A stretch of 64,000 nt of DNA from Octopus sinensis (lineage: Eukaryota). Positions 50,453 to 62,469 of this stretch are shown one piece after another. The position numbers were made by a program, and so were the translations under genes. The DNA lies in NCBI RefSeq assembly GCF_006345805.1, contig NC_043005.1, positions 30,380,001 through 30,444,000 on the forward strand, given 5' to 3'. Under the pieces are notes generated by a model. The model was given only the letters and a program-made list of their open reading frames with translations. It ran no database searches and had not been told where the DNA came from. Each line of letters begins with the position of its first letter. Position 1 is the first letter of the stretch.

Positions 50453-50769
50453 TTACATAACGAATTTTTTTAGAAGCATCCAACCGTTTCTGTCCTGGGA
50501 CTGTCTTCTCTCTCTACTGTGGCTCTGGTGGTCGTCATTTCGCCTCAGTTTTTGCTCTCGTCGCGGTTCATATTGAACCAGATTCTGATTTGCACAGTAA
50601 TATATAGAGTCCAACATTAAACATCTCTTCTCATAGAAATTCTGCCCAAGTTGCCCGTCTGTCGCTTTCTTAAGTCTATCGCACTGGTTTAATCGTCTGC
50701 ATATTGGATCAATTTGGCTCGCATCATCTCGATTTCCGAGAGATGCCACATCAAGAAATCCTCTTATAT
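50453..50769 (-). CDS. Orphan coding-exon candidate (phase 1 start, runs to stop), unknown Cys-containing protein
   Basis: Strong acceptor ttttctttattcag. About 105 open, non-repetitive codons: (D)IRGFLDVASLGNRDDASQIDPICRRLNQCDRLKK...FVM*. No recognised domain. Confidence 0.45.
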
Positions 50770-51699
50770 CTGAATAAAGAAAAGCGTTTCTCAATTCGAA
50801 AATTCACAAGAGGCCCAAGAGCCAAAACGAGAGAGAGAGAGAGAACGGCGATGATATTAGACATATTTCAAGAACTGAGTCCGGGGTATTGAGGGACTAA
50901 CAAATTGCAGTGTATCCTGATCTGGCAAACAAGCTATTTCCATGTACTCCCCACCCCCTCTCTCTCTCTCTCTCTCTCTCTCCCACGCGCACACGCATTT
51001 TTACGATCCACTTTCCGAAGCGCGGTGTTTGTGCGTGCATACATACATACATACATACATACATACATACATACATACATACATACATACATACATACAT
51101 ACATACATACATACATACAATATAAGCGATCAATGCTTATTATGATGATAGAAACCAACTTCCATTTCACATGAAAGGACAGGGTATTTCAGCCAACAAG
51201 AAATTCCATAGACTGTATAAAGAGGCACAACGGAAAAAAAATTGCCAAAGCCAATTTGGATTTAGGATTTAATGAAGCTGATTTAGGAAAAGGAGCTGAT
51301 CGTAAAAGAAAACAGATGTAGACAACATGGAACGAAACCCCTTCACATTCAGAAGTAAAATTTGAGGAAAACGTACAAGTGTGAGAGATATATGTGAGGG
51401 ATGTATGCGTATTGGGTCACATTAACTGTATCCATACTTCCTCGTAAGGACTTAATTAAAGAAATCGTAGGGAACCGGAGGAGGAAACAAAATTTATATG
51501 GAAACTTGCTATGATAAAATTCTGAACGGATATTTCTGTCATTCTCTGTAAGCAATCTCATTTCAAAGAAAAAAAATGAGTTACCAACTGTCAAATGCTA
51601 AATGAAATATCGAAAATGACAACTAACTGAGAAAATGTGAAGAATGTGAATTAGAGTTTATCACAAAAGAAGAAAACAGATCCAAGCTCTTGTAGCAAC

Positions 51700-52600
51700 G
51701 AAAACAAATGTTTCTTGACGAATATGCTGCGAATTACAGTTAGGAGTTTTCACTGTTAGGATATATCAGGAAACTCCCTAATAGAATTATGAAGCACCAG
51801 AACCTACACAGAATCACATCTAAGAATAAATATTCTTTCGATAAAACTGTGGACCAAAATATTAGATTAAGAAGAGCAAGAAATAGAACAGTTTCAAGAC
51901 GAAGATTGCCAGCATGGAATGAGGTAAAAAGTTACTCTAGATCCGAAAATATACGTAGATTGTTTTCTAAGAGAGTTAAACGTAGCACTTCATGGACATA
52001 CAATATACTCAATGCCTGGAACAGGACAGAAACAGCAGCAAAACATGGTCAAACACAAAATTTACGGTTTCAGAAGCAAAAATCAACAATAAAAATACTA
52101 AAGAAAAAATTTCAATATTTAGTGTCGGAAAACAAACACCGGGAAAAGGACGAAAAACAAAAAGCAAGACAGAAAAAAAAAAAAACATTTCCGGAACTTT
52201 TGACTGTACAAACCCTAAAAGTATTAATTTGTGAAAAAAGAATTTGAGGAAACATTAACTTCGACTTCTGGCAGAAAGGGAATAAAATTCACGCCTTTAC
52301 CAACAAGCAATCATAAAGAACTAAAAGCTATCCAAAAATTCGTTGTTGATTAGTTTTGATATATAAAAAAGTCTGTTGATAGATATTCTACATGATTTAA
52401 GAATAACAGCAATCAGTATCAAATGCCGGTATTGGAAAGACATATTAGCCATACTGGAACTTCATTATCCGAACACACGCGAATACACCGGCAGCAATTT
52501 AGGTGCCCTAATGTCAGACAGATATCATTAAGTAATCAATTGAACAAAAAGTTAACATTTCCATTTTATAAACTTTATAAGCCAAAAGGCAAAGAAAATG
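51700..52600 (+). mobile_element. Penelope-like element relic (GIY-YIG endonuclease end)
   Basis: Degenerate YQ..C....ISHTGTSLSEHTRIHRQQFRCPNVRQISLSN and TFPFYKL resemble the PLE GIY-YIG C-terminus. Confidence 0.55.
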
Positions 52601-53543
52601 TTTGTGCGTGTGTGTACATTATATATATATATATATATATCTATACACACACACATATGTTAATGTATATATGTATGTACGTATGTATACCTACACGCAT
52701 TCATATTTATTTACATCTATTGGAATTTGATTAACTACTATACCCTTATTGCTACACTTGTTTATTTCCCCAACTCTCGTTGACCGACAACGGTATTTAA
52801 GGTACATATATTTAAATACACATTCACATATATGTATATGCACACACATACATACACGTACATGCATGCATGCATGCATACATGCATACATGCATACATA
52901 CATATGTAACGGGAACGAGTAGCTTCATGCACTTTTAGAGTGCATGTGGTGCATACAAATTACCGTTGCTTTAATATCCAGATTCTACCAGTCAAAGAAA
53001 CACAAAACGCAGACGTAAAAAATATATATACTTTATTGTCTTATAACGGTAAGAAATAAGTGGTGTATCTGGTATCCCTTTGGTATGGATGTGTCAGAGC
53101 TGAACTTTATCGCTTGTAAGATTTTACAATGTTCAAATGCAACAACACTGGTCAAAATGGCGTCAGGAGAGAGAAGATGATGTGGTCTGCAACAAATCCT
53201 GGTTAAAAGTCTTCTGCCGACTGCTGCTATATCAAGTCCGGACAGAGAGAGAATTACACGTCCGGTGCCTTCAGTCGCCGTGTCTCAAGTCACTGCCTAC
53301 TGTTGCTATATCTCTCCGGACCCTTTTAAGGTTCACGCTCCCCTGCCTCTCGGCTAAACTGCCACGTCAGCAAATTCCTTCTTCCGGTGGTGAAAGCACC
53401 AACCCCGCACGCGCGAAACAGAAAAGGGCGGTGCGCGCGCGCACCGTTGTACAGGATCACTACACATACATACATACATACACATACATACATACATACA
53501 TACATACATACATACACACGCACACAAGTATACACATAAATAA

Positions 53544-54381
53544 CACTGGTCAACAGACTTTTTGCTGACCGCGGTTTGCTTAATTTTGTGATGCTGATTT
53601 CAAATATGGCATCCATTTTCTTCGAACACGTCAAGTTTTCATTCTGTATCAGATGATATACTGATAACTCTTTTGAGTCTCTAACTAAATCATCAAGTTC
53701 TGCCTGGTTAAAGTTTTCACGTTCTTTGGTTGATGTTTCTGCAAAGTCTGTATCATTATCATGTCCATGATTTACATCTACTTCACATATACCCGCACTT
53801 TCATCTTGCAGTGAAGGTAGATCCTTGAAAACGGGTTCTAATATGCAATCTGAGTGAAGCAATGGATGAATTGCTGAATCCAGGTTTGGGTAACTTATTT
53901 TCTGTCACGTTATCTTGCTATAACCAGCAGTCATTGTGAGACAAAAGTAGCAATTGTTTACATGGTTCTTTGGCTCACACCATGTCATACGAATGTCAAA
54001 TGTTAGTTATTCCTTTGTGCCCTTTGTCCATTGGCGTAGATTTAGGGTTCACAGACATTGTGCGGGCCCACGATTTATCCTGATCACCAACGTTAATCTT
54101 TAAGTAAGCCAAGTAGGACCTTTTCACAATATCACTAACATTCGTTCTTTGACTTGGGTACTGTAAAGTATCCACATATATCAAAAAAGAGTCAGAGGAA
54201 TTCAAACATTTCAAATATAGAGCTATGGGTGGGACCAATTTGGGCCAGCCCATAGATAGAAAAAAAAATCAGATGTGAGAAAAAAAACTATTGCCATTTT
54301 AAAACTCAGTGATCGAAAATTACTCCAAAACAGGTCTCAAACTTAGGCCAGCAGAAAAAAGTTAGAATTTGTTTGCCAGTG
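53544..54381 (-). mobile_element. Internally deleted Chapaev3-like (CMC superfamily) DNA transposon
   Basis: Termini cactgg...ccagtg with TAA on both sides (53541-43, 54382-84). Fragments GDQDKSWA, EPKNHVNNCYFC, YPNLDSAI and FNQAELDDLVRD. Confidence 0.75.
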
Positions 54382-54559
54382 TAATCCGTTCTACAAAAAG
54401 CACAAGGCCTGAAATTTTGGTGCAGGGGCAATTCAATTATATTGACTCCAATACGTAACTGGTACTTATTTCACTGAGCCTGAAAGGATGAAAAGCAAAG
54501 TCCACCTCGGCGGCGACTAAAGGTTAAATAATCGCCAGTTTGTATAATATTTTTTCTAC

Positions 54560-55170
54560 ACTAGGCACAAGGCCCGAAATTTTTTTTTGGGGGGGGGGCA
54601 GTCGATTACATCGACCCCAGGTCGCAACTGATACTTAATTTAATCGAAACAGAAAGGATAAAAGGCAAAGTCGACATCGGCGGAATTTGAACTCAGAACG
54701 TAAAGACAGACGAAATACTTATTTCTTTACTACCCACAAGGGGCTCAACACAGAGAGGACAAACAAGGACAGACAAACGGATTAAGTCGATTACATCGAC
54801 TCCAGTCCGTAACTGGTACTTAATATATCGACCCCGAAAGGATGAAAGGCAAAGTCGACCTCGGCGGAATTTGAACTCAGAACGCAACGGCAGACGAAAT
54901 ACCGCTAAGCATTTCGCCCGGCGTGCTGACGTTTCTTATTTCTTTATTGCCCACAAGGGACTAAACATAGAGGGGACAAAGAAGGACAGACAAAGGGATT
55001 ACGTCGATTACATCGACCCCAGTGCGTAATTGGTACTTAATTTATTGGCCCCGAAAGGATGAAAGGCGGAATTTGAACTCAGAACGTAGCGGCAGACAAA
55101 ATACCTATTTCTTTACTACCCACAAGGGTAGTAAGCATTTCTCCCGGTGCGCTGACGTTTCTGCCAGCTG
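54560..55170 (-). mobile_element. Tandem array of the same SINE; other copies at ~41885-42185(+), 43400-43830, 58545-58735
   Basis: Same unit; both recurrent junction types present. Confidence 0.86.
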
Positions 55171-55259
55171 CCGCCTTCCAGTTTCTATAATATTATTAGC
55201 ACAAAATTTTATTCGGCTTCAAAACACGGATGTCAATGAAACTCAGTCCACTTAATTTC

Positions 55260-55640
55260 GAGCATTTACATATAGAGAAGCACAGCTGATTACTAATTGG
55301 AAACATATACAATATAGACGTACATGTTGGGGCTAATTGTTAACGGATACTGTATAGAGTTGCCGTTGGTTAGAAGTACAGTTAATTACAGTAAACAGGT
55401 TCAGCATAGATGAACTTGGCGTTAACAGACACAATATAAAGATAGAGTTGGTAGTTGACTGTGAACGGATACAATATAGAGATATCGTTCATATCGAGCT
55501 GTAAACAGACACAATATAAATGAACATATGATTACTAGTTGTAAACAGATACAATAGAGAGGTGCAGTTTATTACTAACAGTAAATATATGTAATATAGA
55601 AATACACCTGTTTACTAACTGTGAACATTTGGTAATTAAC
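55260..55640. repeat. Degenerate AT-rich minisatellite
   Basis: Recurrent (t)gtaaacagatacaatatagag-like units. Confidence 0.6.
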
Positions 55641-55883
55641 TATAAAGAGGTAGAGTATAGAATTACGAGCGGTTACTCAAAATAGGGTTTATGCGAAAAG
55701 GTTGATGAGTAATTTAATAGCTTTCATTTATGAATTTCCATCCTCCCATGGGTTGAAGCTTGGTGAGTAGACGGATTAATTTTCCAAACATGAGCCCGGA
55801 AATTTCATTGATACACCCCAATACTCTACTGAAACCTCTCGCTTCAATTTTATGTCCGGCGATTCATTTGACATTAGCACTTG

Positions 55884-55929
<46 letters not shown>

Positions 55930-57809
55930 ACACACATATATATATATATCAGCATTGAAACACAATAGATAACGTTAGAAATTGTTGTTCGCTGTATAAA
56001 CCTCGGCTGGATTTAAGTTAATAAAAAGAACTTCCAAAGACGTTCGTCAGTTAAGTGGAATGTAATATCTTCAGATGATTGTTTCGTTTTACTCAGAAAA
56101 AAAACATGACTTGGGTTTGTTTCCAGAGGGCGGTGACATCTTCCCAATTGTGCCAATGTTGCAGATTTAAGAAAAGGAAAACATCACGTCAGCAAAAGGT
56201 TATGACATCGGTGAGGGTGATAAAAGTGCGAAACGACGATAAAGCCGAGTTAAAATCATTGATAACAGCCAGTGTATTGCTAGCAGTGTAAAGTGATCCG
56301 AAGCATTCACTTTTTAACTAACGTTTTACAGGCTTAGGTCATCATGAATATATATAAGGTTAAATATGAATATTTAAAGAGATAAGTAAATATAAACATA
56401 TAAAATGCCGACAAAACATTTCTGTTAATCTTTCTCTAACCTGTGTTATTTCTTTCTCCTTCCAGTAAAGTCATTTCATTTTTTCCCTTATCAATCATAC
56501 CACTAACATCATTGCCCTCCCATCTTTTATGATTTCATACGTTCCTTCGCTTCATTTATCTTGTTTTGTTTTCCTTTTTGTCAACCAAGCAGTTGCCATT
56601 CTTCGCTCACACAGCCTCGTTTCCCCGCCTCTTTCTTTTTCTCTCTATCACATCATATATATATACAGTACTTTCCTCCAACTTCCCCTCATATCTCCCA
56701 CTCTCTCATCAATCATCAAATACTATCAGTACTTCCTTGTAACTTTGATATGATCGCCCTGCGTTGCGCAATTCTCTAGATAGGCTCTCCAGTTACTTGT
56801 TAAACCCCGAGGAGAGAAAACTAAATACCCAGTCAACTTAGATGTCTTGACTACACCCTAGAAGACGACTTTCCATCAAAAGCACCAATACTATAAACAA
56901 CAGCCTCTGCAAATAGAAGCTGCCTTCTATAGGGTTGCCCACTAAAATACTAAATGAAATTATACATTCGTCGTCATCGTCACCACCACTACCACCACCA
57001 CCGCAAACAACAACAACCACAGCGACAATTACATTAACTATTGGTGTTACTTTTTGATGCCCCTGTGGCAAATAAAAAAATCATTATTCGCTTTCTCTGG
57101 AATGGATACGTTCCACTAACCAAGCGTTCCATTTGCAGTTGGCACTCGCTGAGAGGAGGACTGAGCCTGTCGTGGCTAATGATGCGCAGTCATGTGCTCA
57201 GGCTGCCGCATCTCCAGCATTTCCTTGACGGGGTGGGCAGGTTGTCGCTTGTCAAAGCATTTTTTCCAACTCGTCTCGACCCCTTCCCTAAAACTTCAGG
57301 TTTTGTGCCTAGAGCAGAAAGGATTATCATGGCTATAATTACTGTAATTATTTCGTGGTTTGAAAAACGCAAGAACTTTTCTCTCTACAAAAAAATTAAA
57401 CATCTTGGCGAATACGTATTCGCGTTTTGAAAGGTGGTGGTGGTGGTGGTGGATTGGTTCGCATCTTTAGAGGGTCTGACAATATACCTTGTGATATTGG
57501 TTTCGACTTTTTTACGTTCGGTGTTCAAACATCGCCGAGATCAAGTTTGCTTTCATTATACCAGAGTCGGCTTAAATATGGTACTAGTTATGTTATGGCG
57601 CTGATTTTATCGATTAAACCCGTCACACCCAGATTCTTATACAAAATTATTGTTATAATAATTTTGTTCTGAAAAACAATGCCATCGCACATGAAATCCT
57701 CGATAGACTTTGGCTGGTGAGGTTTCCGTTGTTTTTATTCACAAATGTAATATGGCGGTACATTTGATGACAAGTCTGTAACCAGATACAATGTAGGGAC
57801 ACAGCTTAC

Positions 57810-58011
57810 CTAACAATCAACAGGTACAATAGAGAAGTACAACTGATTACTGACGACTGTAAATAGATATTCGTTGGCATTTGCCATCTTCGGTCGCACA
57901 AATTGCTATTAATATTCTCCGCCAAGGAACTCTGCCAAGATTTCATCCTCTTTTTAAACCGCGAAACGGGTTTTATGACCATTCCCCAAATCCCCTGTTT
58001 TTGATACCCAC
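57810..58011 (-). other. Orphan exon candidate with a possible start codon and hydrophobic signal/anchor-like end
   Basis: Acceptor gtttcag, strong donor AG|gtaagc. Only one frame stays open to the donor, ending MPTNIYLQSSVISCTSLLYLLIV(R/S), phase 2. Confidence 0.45.
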
Positions 58012-59220
58012 CTGAAACTGTCTCGGTCCTATGAAATAAAATTCCTGTTTTAAAGTGAACTAAATTTAAACCTTCTATCATAATTTCATGTTAATTTATA
58101 TTCCAAATCCCATCTTAATAACTACAATGTTATTTTACTAACCTGTTCTTTATTTTGAAAATTGATTGAAGCAAAAGCAGTGTATTTCATTACAAATATA
58201 GCAACGAAACGGTTAAAATAACTAGTGCACATTTGAAGAGGAGAGGCGCAGGTATAGGATATAATCTATCTGTCGCCTCTCCTACCAATGTTTTAGCTGA
58301 CAGAGGTGGCCACAAACCGTCGCCAGCTTTACTCTTTCGAATGAGGAAGTTAAAAATATCGTCGCCATATCACTGACATACAACTCAATTTCCGCCGCCC
58401 CTAGCAAGCAAAGTGAAGCTAGAGTTTCATCAATCAATCCCTCGGAGACACTCCAATATAACCAAGATGGCAACTACACGAAGAACAACAACAATAGCAA
58501 CACCCCTAACAACGATAATAATGGTTTCGAATTTCGGCACAATACCGGCAATTTCGGGGGAGGGGTTAAGTCGATTACATCGACCCCCAAATACCAGACT
58601 GGTACTTATTTTATCGACCCTAAAAGGATGAAAAACTAACTCGATCTTGGCGGAATTTGAACTCAGAACGTGAAGCCGGACGAAATGCCACTAAGCGTAA
58701 TGCCCGACGTGCTAACGATTCTGCCAGCCCCCTGCCTAACGACAATAACAATAACAACAGCATCACCACCACCACCACCACCACCACCACCGTCACCACC
58801 ACAGCCAACATTAACTATAACGACAACACCAAAAGTAAAGCAAACACCACCAATAAAAAGTATTTTCTCAATCCTTTTCGTGATTGTAATATATTGTTTC
58901 CTGATATAGAGAAATGATTATTATTGTTTGCTTCCTGTTACAATTATTTGTTTAAAACTATTTTTCTAGTCCTACTTTTGTTATTTTGTTGTAGTTTTCT
59001 ATTTGTAACAGTCTTTGTTCCCCTTTGAATGCGGAGAGGTTCAGAAATTCACTTAACTTCCTGTTTTTTAAGTCGAAGCTGTGGTTTATAATTGAGATAG
59101 ACATTGTATTAATACTATCATATTTCTTGTATCGAGTCTGTTATGCGAATTAATACTATGCAAATTCTGCTATGATTTGAGTGACTTCTCTTCATATAAA
59201 GGGCATGCGTATTTGATGAT

Positions 59221-59271
<51 letters not shown>

Positions 59272-60419
59272 TTTTGAATAACATACGTTGAATCGAGAAT
59301 ATCGTGTCTTACTCGTAGTGTAAAGTGATCCGAAACATTCACACTATATTCAAGTCATTCATATAGAAGAGATGGTTCGTATTTGTGCAGAGCATTAATA
59401 ACAATCGGTGTTATTTTTCAACAGATTTGTTAATGAAGTCAGAGCTAAAGGGGAGAGGATGCTCCTTGACTGTTTCATCATATTTTGGGCATAAGATTAA
59501 GGGAGAGCATGTTTAACATGTTTGGAGAGTAAGTTGATGACGACGACGACGATGATTATGGTATTAGCGGTGGTGACGGTGGAGATGTTGCTGCTGCTGA
59601 TGATGATGATGCTGACGACGATGGCGACGATCTGGGTGGTAATATTGACGATGATTCAGATAATGACAACAACTAACCTGTCTGTAATAAAATAGTGATG
59701 ACATTAGTTGGTGACACAATCTCAGACAATCCACCGATGTGGTAGTTTATTACTGCATTCACGTGATTTAAGATTGATGGTATTTATCAATCAATTCTTT
59801 TATTCTTTTACTTGTTTCGGTCACTGGACCACAGCCATATTGGTGGCGAGATTGGGGGTGCACAGCCTCGAAGAGCTTGCTCCATTAAATTGACCTCAGG
59901 ACCTGTTTGGGGTTTAAGACTAATACTTGTATCAGTCTCTTCTGCCGAACCGCTATGCGACGGAGACGTAAACAAACACATATTGTTGTCAAGCGGTGGG
60001 AGGAAGAACCAACATAAACAAACACACATATGTGTGTATGTATCTATATATCTATTTCTTTCTCCCCTCTTTCTCCCTCCTCTCTCTCTCGTACAGCTTC
60101 CGTCTACCAAATTCACCCACAAAGCATTGGCCAGCCCGGTCAGAGGCTATACATGAAGACCTCTACAACGTGTCGTGCAGAGGAACTGAATCCAGAACTA
60201 CGTGACTGGAAAGTGCTCTTTTTAATAACGCAGCCATACCTGTTACTATTAATTAATATTAATTAATAATGTACAGAGGTAATAAAAAAAAATTACATCT
60301 GGTTGAAATATTCAACAGTGACATATAAAGTTTAATGACGTATTTGACTGACTCCCTGAAAGGAAAAACTCATCTTAGATCCCAGATTTACAGAAATCAC
60401 AAATCCTCAAAAATACAGA

Positions 60420-60860
60420 CCCATAACATGTTTTCTTACAACACACAAAGCTTTAACTGAAATAATATTGCAGAAATTAGACAAAAATCTGAGGGAAGAC
60501 AATCTGTTTCCAGAAGAGCAGAAGAAATATTGCAAAGGCTTATATGGCTTAAAGATCAATAACTGATCAATGAAACTGTAATTAAAGACTGCCGAGGAGA
60601 AATCAAATGTGGGATGTGTGCTGAACATGGCATGAATTGACTACCGGAAGGCTTTTGATAATATACCCCATACATAGATAGTGAAAATACAAGTCGTGAA
60701 CAAGGCAGCACCAATAATAAGAAAATACATGAAACATGTCAAGGGTGAATGGTAAATAGTTTAGCAGTTACAGAGAAAAGAGGAATTGTAAAAAATAAAC
60801 CCATCCCATTTAGAAGAGGGATATTCCAGAGGGACGTTCTCACGCCATCCTTTTCTGACT
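60420..60860 (+). mobile_element. Decayed RT fragment of an R4/Dong-like LINE
   Basis: Degenerate KALTEIILQKLDKNL...LFPEEQK, IDYRKAFD and RRGIFQRD motifs across frames. Confidence 0.75.
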
Positions 60861-61601
60861 GGCAGCTGCTTTGTTTACTTATCAGAACATGGCTAAATTT
60901 TTATTTTTACAAAAATAAAGGAAGAATAATGAATCGATCTCATTTACATAGGTATAAACAGATTCAACTGACTTAACACCAAAATCTATTTAAAACATTG
61001 ATAAAGGGCAAATACCCTGAGACTAGTCTGTAGATGCCAGACCAGCGAGGGGAAGCGGCTGAACTCCCCCGTTCGAAGGTTATAATGGACACAGGTCCGT
61101 GTGTCACGTAGCTAGCTAGAGGCGATGGTCTCTTGGAGCTAATCAACGGCAGCATTCGTCCTATTTTTCTGGACTGCCATGTTAGCTTGGCGATAACTAT
61201 TAATATCCAGTACCGCTACCGTAGTCACCTTTAGAGAGACTCAGAAATATTAAGATTTCTATCAATTTAAAACAATAGGACAATATAATCTATTTTTCAC
61301 TTACTCTCGCCAAGAAAAGAAATGTTATTAATAAGATTGAAAACGTGTGGGAAAGAGAAATCGTCATATTTAATACAATTAGATATGACAATATTATAGC
61401 GAAGAAAGAAAGAATTACAATATGGATGTAAACTTTATTTTCTCATTAAATAATGAGAAGAGGAGTAAAAATATTTCACTAATATTTTTTTGTTAAAGAG
61501 GAGTGGCGCTGGTATTTGCTAGTTTAGAGATCGCTGAATTAAATGGATTCTAAAACTTGAGAAGTTGTGCTGTTATTGCTGTTGTGTTTGCTGTTACTCA
61601 C

Positions 61602-61665
<64 letters not shown>

Positions 61666-62469
61666 CTTTTCCTATGTTGTTCCATCGCCTTATGGCAGAA
61701 ATTATTCAAGTGACTTTCACTGCCATATGTGCAAAAGCTGGTCTTTCTGCCCCGCACCACCTGCCGTATCGCCTTTCTTTAATAAAGAAATAGGAAAATA
61801 TTCCTTGCATTTCTTTACTGCGTTTGAAGAAAAAAAAATTCATTCACGAAACGAATTATTTTTTCAACACGTAAATTAGTAACCTGACTAGTCAATGCAA
61901 AAGAATCCTCACCAAAACACGAACGCAACCAAACATGACCTTTAATGACAGCAAATATAAAAAAGACAAAAAAATCAAATTCTCTGCAGAATAAGCACAT
62001 TTAACAATTTAACAAAATTATTTTTCTGTCAGAAAATAACATTATTTTGAACAATTTAAACGCTGTAATTAACGATGACAACAGCAAAGGAAAGAATAAG
62101 TAAGGGAAATTGAATTGGAGATTAAAGAATACAATTTCAACCCTTCGTTCGCTAACGCAACCTCTATTAAACAGGTTGTGGACGTAAATAACCTGGTATA
62201 CAAAATGTGAAGCTGACAGAGATATACAACAAAGGGTGGTGCGCCTCTGCATCAGTCTTTTGTCGAACATCGAGGGAGAAAAAGCTCGAAGGTGAGAGAC
62301 ACGTTTCTCATATACCGAGAAGAGCAATTTCAAGAAACTTTAACTGGTGTGTCGAACAATATTTCCTCTGTCAGCTGTGGAAAAACGGACGGAACTACTC
62401 AAATATTATTGAAAACTGAAAACGAATATTTAAATTTCTTGTATGGAGTCCAGTCATTAATATTAGTCT

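Noticed and set aside
53138-53452. GC-rich block with TG…CA-like ends and a 16-bp palindrome (ggtgcgcgcgcgcacc) as a solo LTR
   Set aside because: No TSD adjoining the putative ends. The 12-bp match to the Chapaev terminus may be chance; left unclassified.
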